Shown piece after piece: positions 1 to 10,415 of a stretch of DNA of 64,000 bases. This stretch comes from a virus (taxonomy: Duplodnaviria; Caudoviricetes), in the IMG/VR virus record IMGVR_UViG_3300008740_000001, positions 128,001 to 192,000 of that record. One strand, given 5' to 3'. The position numbers and the translations under genes are program-made. The notes beneath the pieces were generated by a model. That model saw only the letters and a program-made list of their open reading frames with translations. It made no database searches and had not been told where the DNA came from. Position 1 is the first letter of the stretch. Every line of letters begins with the position of its first letter.

Positions 1-2
1 CA

Positions 3-461
3 GTTGTCGGCGTCCGCCAGCGACTGACGAAGGCAGACCGAGATAAGCTGTATGAGCAGGCAATTAACCCAATTGCCAAGTTCCCGTCAGAAGGAATTGT
101 GGTCTTCGGTCAGAAGACTCTGCAGGCTCGCGCATCGGCCCTTGACCGGATCAATGTCCGCCGCCTCATGATTCACCTTAAGAAAGAGGTTTCCAGACTC
201 GCTACACAGGTCTTGTTTGACCAGAACGTGGAAGCAACTTGGAACCGCTTCAAGGCCCTTGTCGAGCCGCTGCTAGCCAGCACCAAGGCACGCTTTGGTC
301 TGACGGAATACCGACTCATTCTTGATGAAACCACTACGACCCCGGATCTTATCGATCAGAACATTCTGTACGCCAAGATCTTACTGAAGCCGGCTAGAGC
401 AATTGAGTTCATCGCAATTGATTTCAACATCATGCCAACTGGTGCTTCTTTCGATGACTAA
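3..461 (+). CDS. Tail sheath protein, C-terminal part (runs off the window start)
   Basis: Frame is open from nt 3 (VVGVRQRLTKADRDKLYEQAINPIAKFPSEGIVVFGQKTLQ). FGQKT..LDRINVRRL and P.RAIEFI are typical of T4 gp18-like sheath C-termini. Confidence 0.93.
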   Translation, partial: VVGVRQRLTKADRDKLYEQAINPIAKFPSEGIVVFGQKTLQARASALDRINVRRLMIHLKKEVSRLATQVLFDQNVEATWNRFKALVEPLLASTKARFGLTEYRLILDETTTTPDLIDQNILYAKILLKPARAIEFIAIDFNIMPTGASFDD

Positions 462-525
462 AAAGTTGAGAAAAAACTATAAATTAATTTTAGAGACTAT
501 ATAATTGTAAAGGAGACATCACAAA

Positions 526-1194
526 ATGGGATTTTGGACTCAAAGTAAAAGCTCGCTCGGACGTGATCCGAAAAGAGGCTTTAGATTTACCGTACAGATT
601 ACTAACTTAGGAGGTAGCGATCCTGCTGCTGGGGGAGGTATTCTATGGTATGCGAAGACCGCCGATAAGCCCAGTTTCGAGGTTAGTAACACAGAGCATA
701 ACTATTTGAACCACAAGTTTAACTTTCCCGGTAGAACGTCGTGGTCTCCTGTAGAAATTAAGTTGGTCGATCCAACTGATCCAGATATGGCCGCGAGTCT
801 TTCTGATATTGTTACTGCAGCCGGATATCATCCGCCCGCAGATGTCAACGATCACACTTCTATGCAGAAGGCTTTGGCCACTGCAGCCCTAGGAGACGTG
901 ATTATCACTCAGATTGATTCTGACGGAAACGCTCTTGAAAAGTGGACCCTCTGGAACGCGTGGATCTCCAAAGTAAACTACGGTAGCTTGGATTATAGCT
1001 CCGATGACCTCACAGAGATGTCGATGGAAATCGTCTATGACTGGGCAACGCTCGAAACCCCCTCTACAGCAGGAAGCAACTATGCTGGAACGGAAGCCGC
1101 AGGCTCCCCGAACAAGCAGAAGTTCTGGGCTTCTGATGGTAGCACGGATGCCAACCCCGAAGATGGCGGTGGCCCCGGATTCGGCACATCATAA
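526..1194 (+). CDS. Tail tube protein (T4 gp19-like)
   Basis: Directly follows the sheath; motifs FPGRTSW, WTLWNAW, LDYSSDD...YDWA; AAGGAG SD upstream. Confidence 0.85.
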   Translation: MGFWTQSKSSLGRDPKRGFRFTVQITNLGGSDPAAGGGILWYAKTADKPSFEVSNTEHNYLNHKFNFPGRTSWSPVEIKLVDPTDPDMAASLSDIVTAAGYHPPADVNDHTSMQKALATAALGDVIITQIDSDGNALEKWTLWNAWISKVNYGSLDYSSDDLTEMSMEIVYDWATLETPSTAGSNYAGTEAAGSPNKQKFWASDGSTDANPEDGGGPGFGTS

Positions 1195-1232
1195 TAATTA
1201 ACGACAAAACGGAACGAAAAGAGAGGTGATAT

Positions 1233-2120
1233 TTGTCAAGAAATAATGAAGATCGGTTAACTCCAAAAACAGGAGCTAGCCAAGACGCAGGCACCGAAGT
1301 TCCACCACAGACGACAGCGAAGACGGACTCAACAAATGATGGGGCTTCCTTCGCTTTCGTTACTCCTACGGAGTTTGTGGAGCTTCCGTCGAAAGGTGAC
1401 TACTATCCAGAAGGACACATTTTACATGGCGTCGAAACAGTAGAAATAAGGCATATGACTGCCAAAGACGAAGATATTTTAACATCAAGAACTTTGCTCA
1501 GAAAGGGCGTGGCTCTTGATCGAATGCTTAAGAATATTCTAGTCGACAAGAGAATTAATCTAGACGACATGCTCGTTGGAGACAAGAATGCATTGATCGT
1601 CGCTGCCCGAAAGAGCGGCTACGGCGAGGAGTATGAAACAAAAGTAACTTGTCCCTCATGTGGAGAAGTTAGCCAACATGTGTTCGATCTTTCTACCTTG
1701 GAGGATATACCAGAGGTTCCCGTATGGGATGGTATGCCAAGTGTTACAAGAACGGGCAATAACTTTGACGTAGAACTGCCAAGAAGTGAAGCTGTTGTAC
1801 AGGTTCGCTTGATGACCGGTAAAGATGAAGCAGTCGCTGCTCGCCAAGCCCGCATGGCCAAGAAAGCCGGCTCAGAGCAAGAATTAACATTAACAGGCCA
1901 ATTTAAGCGATTTATCGTTTCGGTAAATGGCGACAGCAGTCCCAGAAACATTGCATATTTTGTGGATCACATGCCCGCAGGAGACTCAAGGTTTTTGAGG
2001 ACTATGTATAAAGCAGTCACACCAAACGTTGATATGGTTATGATGTATGACTGTAACTCTTGCGGATACGCATCAGACATGGAGGTTCCGTTTACAGCGG
2101 ACTTTTTTTGGCCTCAGTAA
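1233..2120 (+). CDS. Baseplate hub assembly / tail assembly chaperone (T4 gp26-like)
   Basis: VELPSKG.YY, MTAKDEDIL and two CxxC motifs; lies between tube and tape measure; TTG start after GAGGTG. Confidence 0.75.
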   Translation: MSRNNEDRLTPKTGASQDAGTEVPPQTTAKTDSTNDGASFAFVTPTEFVELPSKGDYYPEGHILHGVETVEIRHMTAKDEDILTSRTLLRKGVALDRMLKNILVDKRINLDDMLVGDKNALIVAARKSGYGEEYETKVTCPSCGEVSQHVFDLSTLEDIPEVPVWDGMPSVTRTGNNFDVELPRSEAVVQVRLMTGKDEAVAARQARMAKKAGSEQELTLTGQFKRFIVSVNGDSSPRNIAYFVDHMPAGDSRFLRTMYKAVTPNVDMVMMYDCNSCGYASDMEVPFTADFFWPQ

Positions 2121-2127
2121 TGAATAT

Positions 2128-2292
2128 ATGGCAGACGTGTATGAGCAATTCTTCTTCCTTAAATACAAGGGCGGATGGAGCTTCACGGAAGCATATAACT
2201 TGCCAGTAGGACTTCGAAAATGGTTTGTTGAAAGACTAGTACAGCAGTTAGAGGCCGAGCATAAAGCTATGAAAGACGCTTACAAAAAATAG
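2128..2292 (+). CDS. gp51-like tail assembly chaperone segment (possibly a frameshift extension of the upstream gene)
   Basis: YEQFFFLKY.GGWSF.EAYNLPV.LR.WF resembles gp51-type chaperones; frame is open from 2047; no SD before the ATG at 2128. Confidence 0.65.
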   Translation: MADVYEQFFFLKYKGGWSFTEAYNLPVGLRKWFVERLVQQLEAEHKAMKDAYKK

Positions 2293-2345
2293 GTCTCTCT
2301 CTCACACCTACCCTCACACCCACTACTAGTATTTCAACAACCATC

Positions 2346-2381
2346 AAAGCCGGGAGCAAACACTCCCGGCTTTATTTTTTT
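2346..2381 (+). terminator. Rho-independent terminator
   Basis: AAAGCCGGGAG-caaaca-CTCCCGGCTTT stem followed by ATTTTTTT. Confidence 0.85.
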
Positions 2382-2420
2382 AAATTACTAATTATAAATG
2401 CAAAAGGGGATTTATAGCCT

Positions 2421-2762
2421 ATGTCAAGCTTGAGCGAAGACAAACTTAGCGAAATTGTAATAGATTTCGGACACATGAGAAACCCGGAATTGAAAGAGGG
2501 GTTTTTGGAGTCTTTTGGCTTCATGGTCAAGAGTATTCTTAAGAGAATTTTTGGGGGCTCTGCTCCCAATCTATCTGTTCGCGGCCGACCTGTTGAGGTT
2601 GACGCTTTCGCCAAAGCCATTAAGTCAGAAACCAATTATTTAGCTATGTTGCGAGATTATGGCCTAGACGATCCCCGCTCTTATAGAAACAAGGCCAAAC
2701 TAAAAAGTAGTGTAAAAAATTTCGAGCGGAAAACGGGTGTTAAGTGGCCTTTTGAAGTTTAG
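2421..2762 (+). CDS. Hypothetical protein (tail module)
   Basis: 113-aa ORF preceded by the putative late motif TACTAATTATAAATG. Confidence 0.6.
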   Translation: MSSLSEDKLSEIVIDFGHMRNPELKEGFLESFGFMVKSILKRIFGGSAPNLSVRGRPVEVDAFAKAIKSETNYLAMLRDYGLDDPRSYRNKAKLKSSVKNFERKTGVKWPFEV

Positions 2763-2775
2763 GGGAACTTAGCTG

Positions 2776-5700
2776 ATGGCAGACGATCCAAAAACCAATG
2801 AAAAATTAACCAGAGCGATTGAGCAGCTTACTAAGCAGGTCGAGCGCAATACGGCTGGTTTTAATCGAGAGTTAAAAAAGTCGGGCCAACTCACTGAGAG
2901 TCTGGGGGATTCGTTTGAGGAAATCGCCAAGAGCCTCAAGAAGAAAAATGATATTCTAGAAAATACAATACTGTCGTTGACTAGAATAGGCGAAATTACT
3001 ACTGTGCAGGATCGTCGCGCCGCATATCGAGCCGAAGCCTTGCAGGCAGAATTGGACAGCATTAATAACCTTCTGGCAGCCGAAGAGAGCAAGCTTGAGG
3101 TAATGATCCAAGAAGGGACGATCTCAGAAGAGGCCCGCAAGAATTATGAGATTAAACTAGAAGCCCAGCGCGAGTCTGTACGGCTTCTTAAGGGTGAAGT
3201 TCAGCAAATGAATGCTGCAGCCAGTGCTGCAGATGATGTTGCTAAAGGTATGCTCGGCATCGCCGGCATTACCGACAAAATGCGCCTAGACGATAAGTTT
3301 GCTAATGCTGTCGGTGAAGCTGGAGGCTTAGTTCCGGTTTTGCAAGCCGTTGGGAAGCGCCTCATGGACAACACCACAAAGACCATGCTTCTTTCGTCGG
3401 CTTCTTCGCATGTTTCAGACGCAATCATGGGCCTCGCCATGGCAGCAATTAAACAAATGGTGTCTCTTGATAACCTCGAAGCGCAGATGCGCCGGATGAC
3501 TGGCGGCAACCACGAGTATTCTGAATCTATTAGAGAGGTATATTTGGCGAACCGGATCAACGGTGTTTCTGCTGAAGATGCAGCTAGCTCAGTTAATACG
3601 CTCTACACCGAAATGAGCACGTTCACACGATATAATAAGGCGACCCGTTCTGAATTAGCGAACACTGGTGCGCTCCTAGAAAGAATGGGTGTTAGCAATG
3701 AAGCGTTTGCAGGCGGCTTAGAGGTATCGACAAAGATGTTGGGCATGACAGCGATTGAATCTCGCGACACTCAGACCGATATTGCCAGATTTGCAACTGA
3801 ATTGGGCGTTGCTCCCGAAACAATGGCTGCTGGCTTCAAGAACGCCGGCCCAATTATGGCGAAATTCTCAATTAACGCCACTAAGGCCTTTAAGAACGTT
3901 GCCAAGGCAGCTAAGGCCACCGGTATCGAAATGGACCGGATCCTCGACTATACACAGCGATTTGACACCTTTGAGGGCGCCGCAGAGCAGGTTGGCTCTC
4001 TGAACGCAATGTTGGGTGGCGATTATATCAACGCTATGGACCTGATGGCCACAGAAGACCCTGCAGAGCGAATGAAAATGATTACAGACGCTATTCATGA
4101 TTCAGGCAAGGCTTTTGAGGAAATGAGCTATTATGAGAAGATCGCAATTGCGGAAGCTTCCGGGTTCCAAGATGTCGGAGAGCTAGCCAAGGCCATGTCT
4201 GGCGATATGGACACCCTAAACACGTCTACTGAAGAGCATGCTTTAACAGAAGAACAGTTGGCCGAAAATGCCAAAATTAATCAATCACTTCAGGAAAAGC
4301 TCGCAAACACAATGGCTGAACTGGCCCCTGCTATAATGGACGTGATGGATGGCCTTAACAAATTCATGGTTCCGATTATGAAGTTCGTCGCCATTGCTGG
4401 CCCGGTGCTGTTCCCAGCACTTTTGATGCTCAAGGGGCTAATGTGGGCAGTTCAGATTAAGACGGCCATGGCCACGGCTGCAACCGAATTCCGAATGATC
4501 GCTCAGCTTAAAGCATGGGCCGTTGACAAGCTAGAAACTGCTCAAATTTGGCTTATGATCAAAGCCGATGAAGCCAAAGCGGCTATAGATCGCATTCGGG
4601 CCGCCACCACCGGCGCTAGTACGGCTGCAACAGCGGCCAACACCGGAGCCCAGAATCTCAGCACAGCCGCTACCATTAGGGGTCGACTCGCCATAATCGG
4701 CCAGAACATTGCCCGGGGTGTAGCGGTCGCGGGTACAGCCGCATGGGCCGTCATTCAGGGAGTTTGGGCTATTGCCACCGGTGCAGGTACTGTTGCAACT
4801 CTTGGCGCCACCGTAGCAACGTGGGGATTGAATACTGCACTTATTACAGCGACCGGTGGTCTGATTTTGATTATTCCACTGATTATCGCCATTGCATACG
4901 GCTTGAAGAAAATGTGGGAACAGGGCGGCATTGCGAAGGGCATTGTTATCGCACTAGGAATCGCTGCTGGAGCCGCATTGGTTGCTGCTACTGGAGGTCT
5001 TATACTTCTGGTCCCACTGGTTATTGGATTATTCTTGGGTCTTAAGAAGGTATGGGATGGGCTTAAGGAAGGTGCGACATGGGCAAAGATTGTGGGCGGA
5101 ATATTACTTTACATTTTCGCAGCCCCCCTTGTTCCTCTTTTCTTGCTTTGGCAGTTCTGGGACAAGATTAAAGCCGGCTTCATTATTGGTGCGAAAGCGA
5201 TTTTCAACGCGCTAACATGGCCATTCCAAAAGGCCTATGATCTTGTAACTTCTATTTGGGATGGGATCACTGGATTCTTTACGTCAAAGATTGATACTAT
5301 CAAAGCTGTGTTTATGTCAATTGCATCGGTGGGCAAAACTATCGCAAACGTCTTTAAGTGGCCGTTCAACGCACTTATTGGAATTATCAACAAGTTTATC
5401 GGTTTTATTGAAGGTGTCTTTACTCTTAAGATTAGGGTGCCCAAGATTCTCCCGGGCCCTTCGAAGTTCCAGATTGGTCCTCCGAATATGGGAAGAATAC
5501 CCAAGTTGGCCAAGGGCACAGAAGCCTTTGCTGGCGGAATGGCCATGGTCGGTGAGAAGGGTCCAGAAATGGTAAACATGCCGGCCGGCACGAGCGTAAC
5601 GCCCGCTGAGAAGACCAAGAAATTTGTTGAGACGCTAGCACAAGTAGCGAACATGACTGCAAAGATCGCAGGCGCCATGGGGGTGCCCGGCGCTTCAGCG

Positions 5701-5862
5701 GTCGCGGGTGTAACAGAAAAGGTGACCAAAGCAGTCGGAGGTGGACAGCAAGAAAGTCCCCAGCCGGTTCAAGTAAATATTACTTTGGAACTAGATAAGA
5801 GAGTACTAGCAAGACACACAGAAGAGATTATGGTTGCCAAACTGAACCCGGCAAGCGCTTAA
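2776..5862 (+). CDS. Tail tape measure protein
   Basis: 1028 aa, Ala-rich and helical, with hydrophobic stretches and W-periodic repeats; C-terminal IPKLAKG...VGEKGPEMV; position in the tail operon. Confidence 0.88.
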   Translation: MADDPKTNEKLTRAIEQLTKQVERNTAGFNRELKKSGQLTESLGDSFEEIAKSLKKKNDILENTILSLTRIGEITTVQDRRAAYRAEALQAELDSINNLLAAEESKLEVMIQEGTISEEARKNYEIKLEAQRESVRLLKGEVQQMNAAASAADDVAKGMLGIAGITDKMRLDDKFANAVGEAGGLVPVLQAVGKRLMDNTTKTMLLSSASSHVSDAIMGLAMAAIKQMVSLDNLEAQMRRMTGGNHEYSESIREVYLANRINGVSAEDAASSVNTLYTEMSTFTRYNKATRSELANTGALLERMGVSNEAFAGGLEVSTKMLGMTAIESRDTQTDIARFATELGVAPETMAAGFKNAGPIMAKFSINATKAFKNVAKAAKATGIEMDRILDYTQRFDTFEGAAEQVGSLNAMLGGDYINAMDLMATEDPAERMKMITDAIHDSGKAFEEMSYYEKIAIAEASGFQDVGELAKAMSGDMDTLNTSTEEHALTEEQLAENAKINQSLQEKLANTMAELAPAIMDVMDGLNKFMVPIMKFVAIAGPVLFPALLMLKGLMWAVQIKTAMATAATEFRMIAQLKAWAVDKLETAQIWLMIKADEAKAAIDRIRAATTGASTAATAANTGAQNLSTAATIRGRLAIIGQNIARGVAVAGTAAWAVIQGVWAIATGAGTVATLGATVATWGLNTALITATGGLILIIPLIIAIAYGLKKMWEQGGIAKGIVIALGIAAGAALVAATGGLILLVPLVIGLFLGLKKVWDGLKEGATWAKIVGGILLYIFAAPLVPLFLLWQFWDKIKAGFIIGAKAIFNALTWPFQKAYDLVTSIWDGITGFFTSKIDTIKAVFMSIASVGKTIANVFKWPFNALIGIINKFIGFIEGVFTLKIRVPKILPGPSKFQIGPPNMGRIPKLAKGTEAFAGGMAMVGEKGPEMVNMPAGTSVTPAEKTKKFVETLAQVANMTAKIAGAMGVPGASAVAGVTEKVTKAVGGGQQESPQPVQVNITLELDKRVLARHTEEIMVAKLNPASA

Positions 5863-5875
5863 AGGAGGCAAGAAA

Positions 5876-6739
5876 ATGGGCTTTTTAGATGAATTAAATG
5901 ACTTGAACAGAGAGCGTACTTCGCTGTTTGATTCAAAATCAAAAGCAGGTCGAGATGCATCAGACACGTATGCTAACCTAAACCAGCTTTATATTGAATT
6001 TTATCATTTGCCTTCAGACAGAAGTGTTACGTTCAAGGCTTATATCACTGAATGGTCAGACAAATTTAGTTCCAACTATAACACCGAAAACGTGTATGGA
6101 AGAAACGACCCGATTCATACTTTTGAGGGAACATCGCGTGAAATCTCGCTTGCATGGGAATGCGCATCTTCCACTGCTCACGAAGCACAAGAAAATCTAG
6201 CCAGAGTGTCTTTGTTGGCGCAATTTTTGTACCCAGCATTTAAGATGCAGGAGTTTACTTTTGGCCCGGGCGCAGAAACCTTAAAAGTTGGAACAATGGC
6301 CAAAGCACCCTTAGTTAAGGTGCGTTTTGCGAACTTGATCTTGGACAGTAAGGGTGCCGCCGTCGACGCGGCAACGGGGATGTCTGATGTTAACGCAAAA
6401 ACGGGCGGTCTTCTGTGTGCTCTAGATGGCTTAAACATATCAACAGATCTGGAAGAAGGCGTAATTGACGCGACTGGCATTTCAACCCCTAAAACATTAA
6501 CACTGAGCACAACCCTGAAAGTCATTCACCAGCATACGCTAGGTTGGGATAATAGCAATAAAACATGGCTGGGTGAAGGAAATGCAGTTGCTTTCCCATA
6601 TAATGCTTGGGGAGCCGGCGCCGCTGAATTGTCGGGCATCGAAGATCGTTACGGCGTAGAAGAACCGGAGGATCCCGCTGCAGCACCATCTGATGAACTG
6701 CCAACTATGGACGCCTCGTCGCTGGAGCGGGTATCATGA
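5876..6739 (+). CDS. Baseplate / tail tube initiator-type protein
   Basis: Follows the tape measure; ENVYGRNDPIHTFEGTSREISL resembles gpU/tube-initiator family proteins. Confidence 0.6.
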   Translation: MGFLDELNDLNRERTSLFDSKSKAGRDASDTYANLNQLYIEFYHLPSDRSVTFKAYITEWSDKFSSNYNTENVYGRNDPIHTFEGTSREISLAWECASSTAHEAQENLARVSLLAQFLYPAFKMQEFTFGPGAETLKVGTMAKAPLVKVRFANLILDSKGAAVDAATGMSDVNAKTGGLLCALDGLNISTDLEEGVIDATGISTPKTLTLSTTLKVIHQHTLGWDNSNKTWLGEGNAVAFPYNAWGAGAAELSGIEDRYGVEEPEDPAAAPSDELPTMDASSLERVS

Positions 6740-7086
6740 GTAGATATTTTGGTAGACGAAGAAAAACAACGAAAGAGAAGATGCACAAAGAGCTTCTTGA
6801 TAAGCGCGGCGTCAAGCATATTAAGCATTATACGACACCCGTCCTCTCTCACCCAACGGTTGAGGAAAGAAGCAAGTACACGCAAGAACTACATGTTTGG
6901 TCAGTGGGAGATCGCTATTATAAGCTAGCCCACAAGCATTACGGAGATTCTAAATATTGGTGGGTCATAGCCCACTGGAACCTTAAGCCCACTGAGGGAC
7001 ACTTAAACTTGGGTGATGCAGTTCGAATCCCCGGCCCGATTAATGTGGTATTAAATATCCTTAAGAGGAACGGCGGTGGTTATTAA
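6736..7086 (+). CDS. LysM-like baseplate protein (P2 gpX / T4 gp53-like)
   Basis: GDRYYKLAHKHYGDSKYWWVIAHWN...GDAVRIP. Confidence 0.78.
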   Translation: MSRYFGRRRKTTKEKMHKELLDKRGVKHIKHYTTPVLSHPTVEERSKYTQELHVWSVGDRYYKLAHKHYGDSKYWWVIAHWNLKPTEGHLNLGDAVRIPGPINVVLNILKRNGGGY

Positions 7087-10000
7087 TGTCGCGGGGTTAT
7101 ACAGCGAAAGTACCAGCGAACTGGAGTTCCGACGTACTCGATCTTGTCAATAGTTTTGAGATCGAAGGCGCAACTATCTATTTTGATGATGCGAATAAAT
7201 TCTCGGCAGAAGACTTAGATATTATCTCTGGAGAGGCCATCGTCAAGAGTTTGTCTTATGACAGAGACTTTTCAGGCGAAGGCGATATGCCCGATGGACT
7301 ATACGAATATAAGGGCGAATCACAACGCCTAGGATCTGTGTTCAAAGATCTCGCCGGATGTATTGACGGCACTCAGAATTACTGCCTGTCGTATGAAGAT
7401 TTCGACGATATCGACAAAGATTATCTTTCTGACTGGATCGTCGATAATGTTTCCTCTGGAGATGATGCTTTACCTTTATCAAACGTCAAATCTGGAGATG
7501 ATATCTTTAAAAACACTTGGGGGAATGACCCCGACTATAAGATGTCCGAAAGATATAGCTGGTCTAAGACGCGCTGTGGAAGTATTACCTCTAGTGGCCG
7601 CGCCAGCGCAATGTCATCTAATACTGCCAAACTTCCGATGACATCCGGCGGTGTACAAGGCTCTTCCACCGCCCCCTCTATGCGTGAATATTCGGATCAG
7701 CTATTCGCAGATTCTCGATTCCTCTCACAGCGCATGCAATACATTTCGAAGGCCGTTACCGCATATGAAGAATTAGAGGATCTTGACGATGAAGCCGTAG
7801 AGGAGGGTATGGACCGCCTCGCGGAGTTGCAGGAGAAGGAAGAAGACGGCGATCTCACCCCCGAAGAAGCGGAAGAACTGGCGCGACTCCAAGGCGCGAT
7901 GACGCCATCCAACTTGAGCGATAGAGCTGATCAGCAGGCCGCAGTGGCCGCATTGGAAGAAAGTGGAGAGGCCGGCTCATATGCTGCAGCTATGCGAGCT
8001 ATGGAACAGTGTTTTATGATAAAGGATATTGTGACGATGGCTCAGGCGAACGTTCAAAGGAGTAGGGAAGGAAAAACTCAGTATCGTGTCGCAGACGGGC
8101 CGGCAGCACACATGGTACACGGAGAGATGGGCCAAACAGTTTCAAAATTAATGTTCGACCCGGCCTATTCTGCTTATTATTTTATGCCACCGAGCAAGTT
8201 GTCGTACTTGACCCCTTCAATAAAACTGTATCAAGTTTTGCATGAGGCAAACGCATCCGGGCCATCGCCCGAGACATCAGACTTGAATCCGCCGGTAGAC
8301 TTCCAAATACCATTCTTTCAACACATGACCCAGTATTCGATAGATCAGATCATGAACGGAGAAGAGGGTCGCGGCGGCATCATCGGCTTAAAGAGTTTTG
8401 ATTGGGTCTATCAGGGCTCAAATCCGGCTTCCTCTAGAAGAGATATTAAGGCGACCTTGATATTGGAGTGTCAATCGTTTGGGGAATTGGTTAGGGAAAG
8501 GACCGTAACCCTCCAAGGGCCAAACGGCGAGTTTACTCATCATTGGACCTATGCTGATTTGGCAATTCGAAGAAACCGCGACCACAGACAGGCACCCGAT
8601 GTGATATATCAGCAAACAAAAGTGGTAGTTGGTTGGGGTTTGGACGACGCGTCTGAAGAAATTAACACTCTTGGGTTTACAGAAGACGAGATCCGGGCAG
8701 TTAAGAACTCTCAAATGACAATGTTTTTGACATTAATTGATCACGGGTTTGATATCAGAGAGGATGGCACAGTAGAGATGAAAATTGAATATCGGGCCTA
8801 CATCGAAGGGGCGTTTACTTCACCGGAAGCCAATGTGTTGATTACAGATGATTTGTTAGAAAAACAGGCCGAACGAAAACGCTTGTTAGGTGAGATGCAG
8901 GCAGATATTAATGATCCGAACGGAAGATGTAGAACTGCAGATTTGCAGGAGTTAAAAAGAAGGTTTACTAATCAGATACATGAAGAGAAGGAGCAAGCAC
9001 ATCTTTCTCTCTTGAAGGGTCTAGAAGACGAAAATAGCATCTTTATTCGGACTATTGATATTGTAGAAATGATGCAATTTATGCAAAATCCTTTCGCGGG
9101 CTCTTCCGGGGCTAACGCTCAAACAGGAGCCAGCGGCAACCCTTCTGTTTCGGGGAACTCATCAGCCGACCAACTTAGGACAGCGGATGGAGTTGTCGCA
9201 GATTTGGAGTCTAAATTTAATTTTCCAGATCAAGCAGCCCACGGCAGTGCCGAAAGCCAAAGCACAAATGAGTTGTTGGAAAACGTATATACAGAAGAGG
9301 TCGACGGCGAATTTCAGGTACCTTACTTTTTCCTAGGAGATCTAATTCACGTTGCGCTTAAGAATATTTCCAAATCAGACACGGCGGATCCAAAGAAATT
9401 TAAAAATATGCGTTTATTGTTAGGGGCCCTCGAAATTAATGATTTTGAAAACTCAGATGTTAAGTATCAGATTAATATAGCGGACGTGCCCATTGCGGTT
9501 ACATATTTTTTGGAATGGTTCATGAACAGAATTCAAAAAAAGCAAGAAGTTGTTTGGTACCTTATGGACTTCATCAAAGATGTCATCAAAAATATGATTT
9601 ACAAAGTGCTTAATTCAGATGAGTGCTTCGCCGGCGCCGTAAGGCAAAAAGCCAACTTTCAGAACATCTATCTCGTGGGCAAAGGCAACGGTGGCGTTGA
9701 TAAGATACAGGAACTAATTGATACGCCCGCAGGCGCCGATACTGGCCTATATAAGCGTTTGTTCGTAGATGATGTGTCTAGCGACCAGTCGCCTATTTTA
9801 GAAGTTGACAAGTCGGACGAACAGATCGACGCCGCCGACATGTTTCACTACGTGCTCTTATACGCAGCAGATCCTACCCCGAGAAACCTGAATGGAAATT
9901 TCAGCGAAGATGTGGAAAAGGGTGTATATCATTTTCATATTGGTACCAACAAGGGTCTTGTCAAAAGGATCAAGTTTACTAAGACGGATCAGCCCGGCTT

Positions 10001-10415
10001 GAGAGAGGCGAGATACTTCAGTCAAGGTTATGACGGCTTATCACAATTGAGAGAGCCGTACAAGATAGATATTGAAATGTATGGTAATGCGAGAATCTTC
10101 CCGGGGCAGACAATTTACGTAGATCCGCAGGGATTGGGTTTTAATTTAGGCAGCCCTGCCAACGAGGGCTCAATGGCTTGGACGCTGGGTTTGGGCGGTT
10201 ATCACATGGTTATCAATGTTCAGCACACAATCGCCCGTGGAATATTTGATACTAGGGTTAATGCAGTGTGGGTGCTCCGAGGCGGCATGGGCGGAGAATC
10301 AACAGAGGCCGATGGTACCGAAACCCCGGCGCGCAATACATCAGCCTGTCAGGTCTTGAACAATTCGGGACTTCCGGCGAGCGGGTATGACCCAAGTAGC
10401 GAGGGAGGAGGGTAG
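7086..10415 (+). CDS. Baseplate hub protein (gpD/gp27-like) with a long acidic N-terminal extension
   Basis: Follows the LysM gene; C-terminal IEMYGNARIFPGQTIYV...GGYHMVINVQH is typical of hub proteins. Confidence 0.6.
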   Translation: MSRGYTAKVPANWSSDVLDLVNSFEIEGATIYFDDANKFSAEDLDIISGEAIVKSLSYDRDFSGEGDMPDGLYEYKGESQRLGSVFKDLAGCIDGTQNYCLSYEDFDDIDKDYLSDWIVDNVSSGDDALPLSNVKSGDDIFKNTWGNDPDYKMSERYSWSKTRCGSITSSGRASAMSSNTAKLPMTSGGVQGSSTAPSMREYSDQLFADSRFLSQRMQYISKAVTAYEELEDLDDEAVEEGMDRLAELQEKEEDGDLTPEEAEELARLQGAMTPSNLSDRADQQAAVAALEESGEAGSYAAAMRAMEQCFMIKDIVTMAQANVQRSREGKTQYRVADGPAAHMVHGEMGQTVSKLMFDPAYSAYYFMPPSKLSYLTPSIKLYQVLHEANASGPSPETSDLNPPVDFQIPFFQHMTQYSIDQIMNGEEGRGGIIGLKSFDWVYQGSNPASSRRDIKATLILECQSFGELVRERTVTLQGPNGEFTHHWTYADLAIRRNRDHRQAPDVIYQQTKVVVGWGLDDASEEINTLGFTEDEIRAVKNSQMTMFLTLIDHGFDIREDGTVEMKIEYRAYIEGAFTSPEANVLITDDLLEKQAERKRLLGEMQADINDPNGRCRTADLQELKRRFTNQIHEEKEQAHLSLLKGLEDENSIFIRTIDIVEMMQFMQNPFAGSSGANAQTGASGNPSVSGNSSADQLRTADGVVADLESKFNFPDQAAHGSAESQSTNELLENVYTEEVDGEFQVPYFFLGDLIHVALKNISKSDTADPKKFKNMRLLLGALEINDFENSDVKYQINIADVPIAVTYFLEWFMNRIQKKQEVVWYLMDFIKDVIKNMIYKVLNSDECFAGAVRQKANFQNIYLVGKGNGGVDKIQELIDTPAGADTGLYKRLFVDDVSSDQSPILEVDKSDEQIDAADMFHYVLLYAADPTPRNLNGNFSEDVEKGVYHFHIGTNKGLVKRIKFTKTDQPGLREARYFSQGYDGLSQLREPYKIDIEMYGNARIFPGQTIYVDPQGLGFNLGSPANEGSMAWTLGLGGYHMVINVQHTIARGIFDTRVNAVWVLRGGMGGESTEADGTETPARNTSACQVLNNSGLPASGYDPSSEGGG

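Noticed and set aside
2296-2325. CU-rich CTCACACC duplication before the terminator
   Set aside because: Only two short copies, with no ORF or structure to support a function.
4440-5230. Hydrophobic stretches in the 1028-aa protein as a membrane transporter
   Set aside because: TM-like segments and W-periodic repeats are normal for tape measure proteins.
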